Shown: in pieces, positions 38,400-47,815 of the stretch
Layout of the letters: each line of letters opens with the position of its first letter
How positions within the stretch are numbered: position 1 is the stretch's first letter
Assembly (NCBI GenBank): GCA_005893305.1
Contig: VBOZ01000017.1
Span: forward strand, 12,853 to 76,852
Reading direction: 5' to 3'
Source of the DNA: Candidatus Eiseniibacteriota bacterium
Lineage (GTDB): Bacteria > Eisenbacteria > RBG-16-71-46 > SZUA-252
Length of the DNA: 64,000 nucleotides
The notes under the pieces: generated by a model
What the model saw: the letters and a program-made list of their open reading frames with translations, nothing else
Databases searched by the model: none
What the model was told of the DNA's origin: nothing
Position numbers and translations under genes: made by a program

Positions 38400-39344
38400 G
38401 TGTCGTTCCTCGACAAGATCACGCAAGGCCTGCAGAAGACCCGGGACGCGCTCTTCGGCCGGGTCGCCTCGGTCTTCCAGCCGGGGCGCCAGCTCACCGA
38501 TGAGGACTACGAGACGCTCGAGGCAGCCCTCCTGCGCTCCGACGCGGGGCCCGCCACCACGGACAAGATCCTCACGGGCGTGAAAAACCGTCTCTCTGAT
38601 TCCACGTTCTCCGGCGACCCGCTCGATGCCATGCGTGCCGAGATCGAGTCCCTACTGCGAAACGGGGGCCGCGGGATGGCGGAGGGGACCGTTTCTTCAC
38701 CCCGTGTCCCCGGAGCCATCCCGCGGCCCCATATCACATTAGTCATCGGCGTCAATGGCACCGGCAAGACGACGACCATTGCGAAACTGGCCAATCGCTA
38801 CAAGCAAGGTGGGGAATCCGTGTTGCTCGTCGCTTGCGACACCTTCCGCGCGGCGGCGGCGGACCAGCTCGAGATCTGGGCCGAGCGGGCGGGCGTGGAG
38901 ATGGTGAAGCAGAAGCCGGGCGCCGACCCGGCCGCGGTCGCGTTCGACGGCATGGCGCGCGCGAAGAGCCGGAACGTCGACCGGGTGATCGTCGATACGG
39001 CGGGGCGGCTCCACGTGAAGTCGAACTTGATGGCGGAGCTGGAGAAGATCCGCCGTGTGATCGAGAAGGCGCTGCCGGGAGCGCCCCACGAGACCCTCCT
39101 CGTGCTGGACGCCACGGTGGGGCAGAACGGGCTCGCGCAGGCCCGCGAGTTCGACCGCGCGCTCAAGCTGAGCGGGATCGCGTTGGCCAAGCTGGACGGC
39201 ACGGCGAAGGGCGGTATCGTGCTCGCGGTCGCCGACTCGCTCCGGACGCCGATCCGGTGGATCGGAGTGGGCGAGGGGCTGGACGATTTGATCCCCTTCG
39301 ATCCCGCCGAGTTCGCCGCCGGCCTGATCCGGGTCGAGGGCTGA
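38400..39344 (+). CDS. ftsY: signal recognition particle receptor FtsY
   Basis: NG domain: GVNGTGKTTTIAKLA, DTFRAAAADQL, DTAGR, LTKLDGTAKGG; smc-ftsY synteny. Confidence 0.95.
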   Translation: MSFLDKITQGLQKTRDALFGRVASVFQPGRQLTDEDYETLEAALLRSDAGPATTDKILTGVKNRLSDSTFSGDPLDAMRAEIESLLRNGGRGMAEGTVSSPRVPGAIPRPHITLVIGVNGTGKTTTIAKLANRYKQGGESVLLVACDTFRAAAADQLEIWAERAGVEMVKQKPGADPAAVAFDGMARAKSRNVDRVIVDTAGRLHVKSNLMAELEKIRRVIEKALPGAPHETLLVLDATVGQNGLAQAREFDRALKLSGIALAKLDGTAKGGIVLAVADSLRTPIRWIGVGEGLDDLIPFDPAEFAAGLIRVEG

Positions 39345-39347
39345 TCC

Positions 39348-40064
39348 ATGCAATTGGCCGAGGAGCTCCGACGCGCGGGGGACTGGCTCTTTCGACGCCG
39401 AAGCTATCTCCCCTTGTTCCTCCTCGTCCTCGTCCACGTGGACATGCTGCACTTTTCCTATTTCCGGGGCAGCCACGAGTGGGACCGGATCTGGGAGCTC
39501 TTCTGCCTAGGCGTCTCGCTCGTCGGCGTCGCCATCCGGGTCATGACGATCGGCTACCGGCCGCACGGAACCTCGGGCCGCAACACGCGCGGCCAGGTCG
39601 CGGAAACGTTGAACACCGACGGGATGTATTCCGTAACGAGGCACCCGCTCTATCTGGGCAACTACTTCAACTGGCTCGGCCTCGCGCTCTTCACGCACGA
39701 CTGGTGGCTTCCGATCATCGTCACGCTCGCCTTCTGGCTTTATTACGAGCGCATCATGTTCGCGGAGGAGGCGTTCCTCCACGAGAAGTTCGGCGAGACC
39801 TACTCGCTCTGGGCCGCGCAAACGCCGGCGTTCTGGCCGCGGCTTCGGAGCTGGCAGCCGCCGGCGCGTCGTTTTTCCTGGGGCACGGTGCTTCGGGGCG
39901 AGTATTCGGGGCTCTTCGCGATCGTGGCCGTCTTCACGTACATGGAGCTGCTCGGCGACCTCGTCGTGGAACGGCGGCTTACGATCGACGGAATGTGGGT
40001 GGGGATCTTCGCCGTGAATCTCATGCTCTACCTGACGCTCCGCACGCTGAAGCGGCGCGGGTAG
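39348..40064 (+). CDS. membrane methyltransferase of the isoprenylcysteine carboxyl methyltransferase (ICMT)/phospholipid MTase family
   Basis: Polytopic membrane protein with RHPLYLG and C-terminal EExxLxxxFGxxY motif typical of ICMT/PEMT-like enzymes. Confidence 0.6.
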   Translation: MQLAEELRRAGDWLFRRRSYLPLFLLVLVHVDMLHFSYFRGSHEWDRIWELFCLGVSLVGVAIRVMTIGYRPHGTSGRNTRGQVAETLNTDGMYSVTRHPLYLGNYFNWLGLALFTHDWWLPIIVTLAFWLYYERIMFAEEAFLHEKFGETYSLWAAQTPAFWPRLRSWQPPARRFSWGTVLRGEYSGLFAIVAVFTYMELLGDLVVERRLTIDGMWVGIFAVNLMLYLTLRTLKRRG

Positions 40065-40077
40065 CCCGCGCCAAAGC

Positions 40078-41529
40078 CTACTCGCCCGCGAACACGCCCT
40101 GATTCTTGCCGCGCTCCTTCGCGATTCGGAGGTGAGCGTTCGCGCGCGCCCAGAGCTCGTGGGCGAGCTTTTCCCGCTGGGGGCGGTCCAGGCCGCGGGA
40201 GCGATCCCAGGTTACCGGTACGTCGGCGGGGAAGAGGGCGCCCCCCAAGCTCATCGTCACGCGAACGGCGTTCTCGCGGCCGTCCAGGCCAGGCACGACG
40301 ATCGCCATGTTCTGCACCTTGAGCCGAAGTCGCTCGCAGATCTCCTTCGCTTCGGCCTTCGTCGTGGCGGCGCTCAAGATCAGCGCGAACTCCTCGCCGC
40401 CCCAGCGCGCGACCGTGTCGAACGGCCGGACGCTCGAGGCCAAGGTCTGGGAGATCTCCCGCAGCACCACGTTCCCGGCTTCGTATCCGTAGGTGTCGTT
40501 GACGCGCTTGAAGTCGTCGATGTCGGCGATGATGAGCGACATGGGCCGCTCCTCGCGGTAGGCGCGCGCGAGCTCGTGGTCCAGCTGGCGTCCGAAGTAC
40601 GGGCGGTTGTAAATCCCGGTGAGCTCGTCGACCATGACGAGCATCCCGAGCTTCCTCAGGGTCAGGAGCAGGTCGGTGGCGTGCTCCCCGACGACGGTCA
40701 GGATTCCGATCCGCTCGTCGGTGAAGAATCCGGGGGTCTTGCTCCAGGCCTCCAGCGCGAACAGGAACGGAGATCCCGGCTCTCCCACGCGCGCCATCGC
40801 GAACGAGCGGTGCTCCCCGGACCCGGGTCGCGGCGAATAGGGCGCGATCGCGAGATGCACCGTGGCGTCCATCGCCTCGGCGTCGACCATCGTCTGCACC
40901 GTTCCCGGCTCGGAGAAGTCATGGACGTAGACCGGGAGGGCGCGCTTCGCCACCCATTCCTCGGCGAGCGCCCGGTTCCAGGGCTCTCCCTCGCTGACCG
41001 GCTGCACGTGGCGCGGCTCCTCGACGCCCCGGTTGAGCGCGAAGAGGCGCGTTTCGTCGCACTCGAGGACCTGGCGGGCGGACGCGAGGATCGTTCTCAG
41101 GATCTCGCCCACGTCGGTCTGGAGATATTCGAGATTTCGCTCGTCGCGCGTGAAGAGCTTTCGCTCGACGGCGATCAGGTGGGAAAGACTGCGGTAGAGG
41201 AGCCGGCTTCGCGCGTGCCAGTGGGGCCGTGAGACCCGGACCAGCTCCTCGGCCGGGGTGTCCTCCCGCGCGGCAAGGAGGAAGGTCTCGCCCGACGCGG
41301 GAATCCGGTATCGCACGTACGGCTTCCCGTCACGCTGGAAGCGATCCACCCGCTCGAGCGCGCCGGAATCGAGAAGGCGCTCCGCGATCTCGAACGCGAT
41401 CTGATCGCGGCGCTCGTCGTCGATCCCGGTCAGGGTGAGCTCGATCAGACGCTTCCGATCTTCGGGGGCGGCCTCGTGGAGCGAGAGCGACGAAAGGAAT
41501 GCCGTGCGGATGCGGTTTGCTTCGTTCAT
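40078..41529 (-). CDS. GAF-GGDEF diguanylate cyclase (intact GGEEF and RxxD I-site context)
   Basis: C-terminal GGDEF domain: LTGIYNRPYFG...IADIDDFKRVND..GYEAGN...RWGGEEF; central GAF-like sensor region; ATG 41529 chosen (AGGGGA RBS), longer ORF track version rejected. Confidence 0.85.
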   Translation of the reverse strand: MNEANRIRTAFLSSLSLHEAAPEDRKRLIELTLTGIDDERRDQIAFEIAERLLDSGALERVDRFQRDGKPYVRYRIPASGETFLLAAREDTPAEELVRVSRPHWHARSRLLYRSLSHLIAVERKLFTRDERNLEYLQTDVGEILRTILASARQVLECDETRLFALNRGVEEPRHVQPVSEGEPWNRALAEEWVAKRALPVYVHDFSEPGTVQTMVDAEAMDATVHLAIAPYSPRPGSGEHRSFAMARVGEPGSPFLFALEAWSKTPGFFTDERIGILTVVGEHATDLLLTLRKLGMLVMVDELTGIYNRPYFGRQLDHELARAYREERPMSLIIADIDDFKRVNDTYGYEAGNVVLREISQTLASSVRPFDTVARWGGEEFALILSAATTKAEAKEICERLRLKVQNMAIVVPGLDGRENAVRVTMSLGGALFPADVPVTWDRSRGLDRPQREKLAHELWARANAHLRIAKERGKNQGVFAGE

Positions 41530-41962
41530 TCCCCTACGTCTCGGATGCGCGCGCTCGGATGGACGGGAACAGACGCCAATTATAGCACATAGCGCCCTCG
41601 GGCCGCTGCCCGCCCCTCGCGGCGGACCGCCGCCCCGAGCGTCTAAGACCTTTTTGGGCTTGCGTTTGACCTGAGACTTTGCTACCGTTCGGTTGCGTAG
41701 CCGGAGTGCCTGCCCACGGAAAGGGTGCGCGCGTGGCTTCCAAGCCCACATCGAAATCCAATCGCGCTCGCTACCCATCCCCGGGGCCGGCAGCGCCTTT
41801 CGTTTCCCTGGCCGCGTCCATTCCCCATGTAGTGGCATTCTCGGAGCGTGCCGCTTCGGCCGCTCAGGAGCGAACAAAATGGACAAATCGGTTACAACAC
41901 GCCATGGCGAGTCCCCACCCCCAGCTCGCCGCATCGTCGCCGGAGACGCGGAGGTGGTCTCC

Positions 41963-42268
41963 ATGAAGATCCAGAGGTCGGGCGGCTTCCGGTTGCTCGC
42001 GTGGACCGGGACGGCACTCTTGCTCGCGGTCCTCGGCGGAGCGCCACGGGACGCGGAGGCGCGGCTCTACAAGCCGAATGAGCCGCCGTATCCGGATGGC
42101 GATCCCACGGCGGACGATCAGCCGAGCCCGACGCCCAAGCTCAACCGGAACGTATCGGCACACATGCAGGGGAGCGCAAACGCCCTTGTCGGGAAGGCCG
42201 GCTTCTCGTACGGCCGCCTGATCTGGCTCTCGTACGTTCGCACGTGGATCCGAATCATCGTTCTTTGA
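41963..42268 (+). CDS. small secreted hypothetical protein (101 aa, signal peptide)
   Basis: GGAGGTGG RBS 6 nt upstream; MKIQRSGGFRLLAWTGTALLLAVLGGAP signal peptide; no homolog recognised. Confidence 0.4.
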   Translation: MKIQRSGGFRLLAWTGTALLLAVLGGAPRDAEARLYKPNEPPYPDGDPTADDQPSPTPKLNRNVSAHMQGSANALVGKAGFSYGRLIWLSYVRTWIRIIVL

Positions 42269-42320
42269 TGCGGCTTTAAAACCAACACCGGGGCGGGCGA
42301 GTGCCCGCTCCTGAGGTCTC

Positions 42321-44657
42321 ATGATCGACGACAAGAGGCCGCGGAGCGACACCGGCGGCTTCCTCCTCAAAATCGACGATCTTCTCGCGCACGCGCGATT
42401 CTCCGCGGTCCTGGACGCGGTCGCGGAGATCAGGGCAACCGGGCCCCTCCCGGAGGCGCTGGAGACCCCGCTGCTCCTGGCGCGCTGCCGGGCCCTCCTC
42501 GGGCTGGGCCGGTGGAAGGAAGTCGGGGAGATCGCCGAGAAGAAGCTGAGCGAGCTCTACGCGCTCCACCCCGACGACAAGCGCGCGCTCCTCGAGTTCC
42601 ACATCGCCGCCGGCCGCGCCGTCTGGCGCATCGGCCGGCCGTCCCGCGCGGAGGAGCACTTCCGCGCGGCCTATCACATCAGCAGGTGGGATTTCGAGGA
42701 CACCGCGGGAATGCTGCGCTCCCGGAATCTCCTCGGCCTCTGCTTCCTGAGCGCGGGCGAGTTCCACCGCGCGGTCGGCGAGTTCGCGCGCGGCCAGCTT
42801 CAGGCGCGCGACGCGGGCCTCTATCACGAAGAGGCGTCGTTCTCGCTCAACTTGAGCATCGCATTGGCGAAGCTCGGACGACTCGAGGAGGCCGACCAGG
42901 GCCTCGCCCGCGCGCGGACTTTGTTCGGCGAGCGCGGGCACTCTCGAGGCAAGGTGCAGGCGCGCCTCTTCCACGCGTTTCTCCTACGAATTGCCGGCGA
43001 CCTCGCCAAGGCGGACACGCAGGTGCGGGGAGCTCTCTCGGAAGCCGAGGAGCACGGTTTCGAGCGCGAGCAGATCATCGCGCTCGAGTACCTGGGCGAC
43101 CTCGCCCTCGACCGCCACGAGAATCAATCGGCCATCGAGAGCTACGATCGCGCGCTCGTCCACGCGGAGAAGCTGGCGCCCGAGGGAGACCTGGTGCCGG
43201 AGCTGAGTCGCCGGATTGCCGAGATCCACGTCCGGATCGGGGAGCCGAACCGGGCGTTGATCACGTGCGAACGCGGGCTCCGCGTCGCGAGAAGGATCAA
43301 CGACCGGTTCGAAGAGGCCGCGACGTACCGCGTGATGTCGATGGCGCACCTCCTGCTGTCGCACCGGGAGAAGGCGATCCGGACGGCGCACGAAGGCATC
43401 TTGCAGCTGCGGAAGCTGGAGGCGCTGTACGAGCTCACGCGCCTCCTCGTCTGGGCGGGCGAGATCCTGCTCACAGGCGGGGACGCCGAAGAGCGGCGCG
43501 CGGCCCGCGACTATCTCTGGGAGGCGCGCAGCCTCGCCATGTCGATGAAGCTCGACCACTGGGTCGAGCGCGTCGAGAAGATCCTGGGCGTGGAGATCGC
43601 GTCCCTTCCGGTTGTCGTCCCCGCGCCGGAGGGGGTATCCGCGGGAAGCGACGCGCCGCCGCGGGGCGCCGACCCCGGCTGCTTCAAGCTCGGCGTCGTC
43701 ACTCAGGATCCGCGGCTGATCGACCTGGTGCGGATCCTCGAGCGCGCCTCGAGCAGCCGGCTGCCGATCCTGATCCTGGGGGAGACCGGCACCGGCAAGG
43801 AAGCGCTGGCCCGCGCGGCGCACTCGTTGAGCGACCGGTCGGGTCACGTCTTCGTCGTGGGGCACTGCGCCGCGCTCCCCGACGGCCAGCTCGACATCGA
43901 GCTCTTCGGACGGGATGCGGCGGGAGGGCCTGGCGGCGAGCGCGCACGGGCCGGGCTCTTCGAGACGGCTCACCGCGGGGTGATCTTCCTCGATGAGGTG
44001 AGCGAGCTCTTGACCGCCGCCCAGGCGAAGCTTCTGCGCGTGATCGAGATGGGCGAGCTCCGCCGCGTGGGCGGCATGGGACTCCGCCAGGTGGACGCGC
44101 GCGTCATCGCGGCGTCCACTCGCGATCTGGGGGGCCTCGTCCGGCGGGGGCTCTTCCGCGACGATCTCTACTATCGGCTGAACGGGATCCGCCTCGAGGT
44201 CCCGCCGCTCCGGGAGCGACCGGGCGACATCGAGCTGATCGGCCGCTACCTGCTCGAGCGCGCCTGCGTGCAGGCACACAAGACCGTCACGCTGAGCGAA
44301 TCGGCGTGGGCCTACCTCATGTCGTACGCTTGGCCCGGAAACGTCCGGGAGCTTCGAAACGTCATCGACCGGGCCGTGGCCCTCGCCCAGGACGGCGACC
44401 GGTGCCGCGCGGAAGCGGTCCAGGTTCAGATCCCGGGACGCAATGGGGCCCGGCACGGGCAGGCCGGTGCGCGCGGCGCTGGCCGCCCCGCTTCCGCCGA
44501 CGAGCGCGACATGATCCTGAACGCGCTTCGCACGCACGGCGGAAATCAGTCGGAGGCCGCCCGCAGCCTGGGCGGAATGAAGCGCACGACCCTCCTCTAC
44601 AAGATCAAGAAGCTCGACATCCGCCCCGAGGAGTACGGACACTCCACCGGCGCCTGA
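42321..44657 (+). CDS. NtrC-family AAA+ transcriptional regulator (sigma-54 activator domain with degenerate GAFTGA) fused to N-terminal ~400-aa TPR sensor domain; C-terminal Fis-type HTH
   Basis: Walker A LGETGTGKE, ELFGRDAAGGPGGERARAGLFE (GAFTGA replaced by AGGPGG), Walker B IFLDEV, R-finger/sensor II WPGNVRELRN, HTH NQSEAARSLGMKRTTLLYKIKK; TPR-like repeats 42400-43560. Confidence 0.85.
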   Translation: MIDDKRPRSDTGGFLLKIDDLLAHARFSAVLDAVAEIRATGPLPEALETPLLLARCRALLGLGRWKEVGEIAEKKLSELYALHPDDKRALLEFHIAAGRAVWRIGRPSRAEEHFRAAYHISRWDFEDTAGMLRSRNLLGLCFLSAGEFHRAVGEFARGQLQARDAGLYHEEASFSLNLSIALAKLGRLEEADQGLARARTLFGERGHSRGKVQARLFHAFLLRIAGDLAKADTQVRGALSEAEEHGFEREQIIALEYLGDLALDRHENQSAIESYDRALVHAEKLAPEGDLVPELSRRIAEIHVRIGEPNRALITCERGLRVARRINDRFEEAATYRVMSMAHLLLSHREKAIRTAHEGILQLRKLEALYELTRLLVWAGEILLTGGDAEERRAARDYLWEARSLAMSMKLDHWVERVEKILGVEIASLPVVVPAPEGVSAGSDAPPRGADPGCFKLGVVTQDPRLIDLVRILERASSSRLPILILGETGTGKEALARAAHSLSDRSGHVFVVGHCAALPDGQLDIELFGRDAAGGPGGERARAGLFETAHRGVIFLDEVSELLTAAQAKLLRVIEMGELRRVGGMGLRQVDARVIAASTRDLGGLVRRGLFRDDLYYRLNGIRLEVPPLRERPGDIELIGRYLLERACVQAHKTVTLSESAWAYLMSYAWPGNVRELRNVIDRAVALAQDGDRCRAEAVQVQIPGRNGARHGQAGARGAGRPASADERDMILNALRTHGGNQSEAARSLGGMKRTTLLYKIKKLDIRPEEYGHSTGA

Positions 44658-44681
44658 TCCGCTCCGACGCGCCCCCCGCGC

Positions 44682-44710
44682 TTGACGGCCCCGTCGGCGC
44701 CCCCTACACT
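44682..44710 (+). promoter_or_regulatory. candidate sigma-70 promoter for nuoI (TTGACG-N17-TACACT)
   Basis: -35 TTGACG 44682-44687, 17-nt spacer, -10 TACACT 44705-44710, ~36 nt upstream of nuoI start. Confidence 0.4.
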
Positions 44711-44745
44711 TCGAGGCTCATCTTTAGCTCCGTAAACCCGACGAG

Positions 44746-45210
44746 GTGCGCCGCATGGTCGCCGAGCTGATGAAGGGCCTTTCGATCACCCTGTCGCACT
44801 TCTTCAAGAAGCCGGTCACGTTGAAGTACCCGGACGTGAAGATGAAGATGTATCCGCGCTTCCGCGGGCTCCACGAGCTCCACCGCTACGAGAACGGCCT
44901 GGAGCGCTGCGTCTGTTGCGGCCTCTGCGCCGCGGTGTGCCCGGCCGACGCGATCTACATGGAAGCCGCCGAGAATACCCCGACCCTCCGCTTCTCGGCC
45001 GGGGAGCGGTACGCCAAGCGCTACGAAATCGACATGCTCCGCTGCATTTTCTGCGGCTACTGTGAGGAAGCCTGCCCCGAGGACGCCATCTTCCTGGGGC
45101 ACAACTTCGAGCTCTCCGACTACTCGCGCGACGCCTTCATCTACTCGAAGGAACAGCTTCTGGTGCCCCTGGGCACCACGAACACGCCCGGCATCGTCCG
45201 CGGCAGATAG
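44746..45210 (+). CDS. nuoI: NADH-quinone oxidoreductase subunit I (2x[4Fe-4S] ferredoxin-like)
   Basis: Two CxxCxxCxxxCP motifs (CVCCGLCAAVCP, CIFCGYCEEACP); 154 aa. Confidence 0.9.
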   Translation: MRRMVAELMKGLSITLSHFFKKPVTLKYPDVKMKMYPRFRGLHELHRYENGLERCVCCGLCAAVCPADAIYMEAAENTPTLRFSAGERYAKRYEIDMLRCIFCGYCEEACPEDAIFLGHNFELSDYSRDAFIYSKEQLLVPLGTTNTPGIVRGR

Positions 45211-45227
45211 CGAGGCCAAGGCGGTGA

Positions 45228-45998
45228 GTGACCCGATTGTCTGACGGGTGGATGCTGGCCGCCGCCTTCGGGGTGGTCGCCGGGCTCGCCAATGTCGTCG
45301 GGGGATGGCTCGCGGTCGGGCGCCAGGGATGGGACCGCGTCCGCCAGAGCTACTTCGTCGCCGCGGGCGCGGGCTTCATGCTCGCCGCCGTATTTCTCCG
45401 CATGGTGCCCGAGAGCTACCGGCTGATCGCCGCGCGCGGCGGGGCGCCGCTCGGCGTGGGTACGCTCATCCTCGTCGGCTACCTGATCGTCCACGCTGCG
45501 GAGCACGTCCTCGTCGGGCACTTCCATTTCGGCGAGGAGACGCACCGCGAGCACTGGGTGGAGCCGGTCGTGGGCACGACCGCCCTGATCGGCCTGCTCC
45601 TCCACACGCTGCTCGACGGCGTCTCCATCGGCTCCGGGTTTCTCATCCGGCCCTCTCTGGGGATCCTCATCGCCATCGCGATCATCCTGCACAAGGTCCC
45701 CGAGGGGTTCACGGTCGGGTCGATCATGGTGGCTGCGGGCCGGTCGCGCCGGGAGGCCGTCATGAGCGCCGCGTGGCTGGGAATCGCCACGGTCGTAGGC
45801 GTGGTCACGATCTCCTTCTGGTCGGGGCTCGTCGTCTACGCGCTCCCGCTCTCGGCCGGAGCGGCGCTTTACGTCGCGGCTTCCGACCTGATCCCAGCCG
45901 TGAACGAGGCGAAGGGGATCGGGATGGCCCTCGGCGTCTTTGGCGGAGTGCTTTTGTTCTATATCTCGGAGTCGATTCTCGGGAGCCTGGGGTTGTGA
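45228..45998 (+). CDS. ZIP-family divalent metal (zinc) transporter ZupT-like
   Basis: 8 TM; HTLLDGVSIG and HKVPEGF metal-binding motifs of ZIP/ZupT; start GTG 45228 or ATG 45252. Confidence 0.85.
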   Translation: MTRLSDGWMLAAAFGVVAGLANVVGGWLAVGRQGWDRVRQSYFVAAGAGFMLAAVFLRMVPESYRLIAARGGAPLGVGTLILVGYLIVHAAEHVLVGHFHFGEETHREHWVEPVVGTTALIGLLLHTLLDGVSIGSGFLIRPSLGILIAIAIILHKVPEGFTVGSIMVAAGRSRREAVMSAAWLGIATVVGVVTISFWSGLVVYALPLSAGAALYVAASDLIPAVNEAKGIGMALGVFGGVLLFYISESILGSLGL

Positions 45999-46103
45999 TT
46001 GATTTCACAGGCTCCGATTGATACGCTCGGGGGTGCGGTTCAGTTTCTGGCGCCGGGGCCGCGGTTTTCCGGCGCCCGTTTCAACCGAGGCAGGTGATCC
46101 CAC

Positions 46104-46610
46104 ATGGGTTTAGAAGAGCTCGTACCGGACGGTATTCTCACCACGACCGTCGACAAGATGGTCAACTGGGCACGCCGCTCCTCGCTCTGGCCGGCCACGT
46201 TCGGGCTGGCCTGCTGCGCCATTGAGATGATGGCGACCAGCGCTTCACGCTACGACCTCGCGCGGTTCGGCGCGGAGGTGTTTCGCGCCTCCCCGCGCCA
46301 GGCGGATCTCATGATCGTCGCGGGACGCGTGAGCAAGAAGATGGCGCCGGTGCTGAAGCGCATCTACGATCAGATGCCGGAGCCCAAGTGGGTGATCTCG
46401 ATGGGCGCGTGCGCTTCGTGCGGCGGCGTCTTCAACGACTACGCCATCGTGCAGGGCGTCGACACGGTGGTCCCGGTGGATGTCTACGTCCCCGGATGCC
46501 CGCCGCGCCCCGAGGCCCTGATCTACGGCATCATGAAGCTTCAGGAGAAGATCGACAAAGATCACGTCCGGCCCGTTTCCGCTCCTCCCGCACCCTCCGC
46601 CGGCGCCTAG
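46104..46610 (+). CDS. nuoB: NADH-quinone oxidoreductase subunit B (N2 cluster subunit)
   Basis: [40 protein letters not shown] Cys ligand pattern. Confidence 0.95.
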   Translation: MGLEELVPDGILTTTVDKMVNWARRSSLWPATFGLACCAIEMMATSASRYDLARFGAEVFRASPRQADLMIVAGRVSKKMAPVLKRIYDQMPEPKWVISMGACASCGGVFNDYAIVQGVDTVVPVDVYVPGCPPRPEALIYGIMKLQEKIDKDHVRPVSAPPAPSAGA

Positions 46611-46623
46611 AGCGTTTCACCGG

Positions 46624-47815
46624 GATGTCCACCGCGCTCGCCTCCCCGGAGTTCAAGACCCTCACCATCAACATGGGGCCGCAGCACCCGTCGACCCACG
46701 GGGTGCTCCGCCTGGTCATCGAGCTGGACGGCGAAACCGTTGTCTCGCTCAAGCCCGTGATGGGATACCTCCACACCGGCATGGAAAAGATCATGGAGTC
46801 GAAGACCTATACCAAGTCGATCACGGTCACCGACCGGATGGACTACCTCTCACCGCTCGGGAACAACATGGCCTACGTGGGCGCGGTGGAGCGGATCATG
46901 GGTCTCGAGATCCCCGAGCGCGCGCAGGTTCTGCGCGTGATCCTGCTGGAGCTCACCCGGATCTCCTCGCATCTCGTCTGGCTCGGGACGCATGCGATCG
47001 ATCTCGGCGCCATGAGCGTGTTCCTCTATTGCTTCCGGGAGCGCGAGAAGCTCCTGGACGTGAACGACATGGTGGCGGGCTCCCGCCTGACGCCGAGTTA
47101 CTTCCGCGTGGGCGGCTTCTATCAGGACGTCCCCGACGCGTTCGTTCCGTTCGTGAAGAAATTCTGCGACGAGTTCCCGGTCGCTCTCGGGGAGTACCAG
47201 AACCTCCTCAGCAAGAACCGGATCTGGATGAATCGAACGATCGGCGTCGGCACGATCAGCCCGGAGCAGGCGCTCCAGCTGAGCGTGACCGGTCCCACGC
47301 TGCGAGGCAGCGGCATCGCCTACGACGTGCGAAAGACCCAGCCCTACTGCGGCTACGAGACCTACGAATTCGAGACGCCGCTCGGGCGAAACGGCGACGT
47401 CTACGACCGCTACCTCTGCCGCATCGAGGAGATGAAGCAATCGCTCAAGCTCGTCCGTCAGGGACTCGACCGGCTTCGCCCCGGGACCGTTCGAGCGGAC
47501 AACCCGTATCTCTTCCCGGCGAACCGCGAGGACGTGAAGAAGGGGATGGAAGAGCTGATCTTCCACTTCAAGATCATGTCCGAGGGATTCCGCGCCCCGA
47601 CCGGGGACGCCTACTTCGCGATCGAGTCGCCCAAGGGAGAGCTGGGATTCTACGTCGCGAGCGACGGGGGTCCTCTCCCGTATCGCGTGCGGGTGCGCCC
47701 TCCCTCGTTCATTAATCTTCAAGCCCTCGAGGGCATGAGCATCGGACGCATGGTCTCCGACGTCGTCGCGTGCATCGGGAGCATCGACATTGTGCTGGGG
47801 GAGGTGGATCGCTAG
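46624..47815 (+). CDS. nuoD: NADH-quinone oxidoreductase subunit D (49 kDa)
   Basis: TINMGPQHPSTHGVLRLVIELDGE, YLHTGMEK, RGxG... NuoD signatures; 397 aa (not fused to NuoC). Confidence 0.95.

Noticed and set aside
41530-41964. 145-aa N-terminal extension of the GGDEF cyclase ORF
   Set aside because: Low-complexity, spans the divergent intergenic region; ATG 41529 with AGGGGA RBS gives a sensible 483-aa protein.
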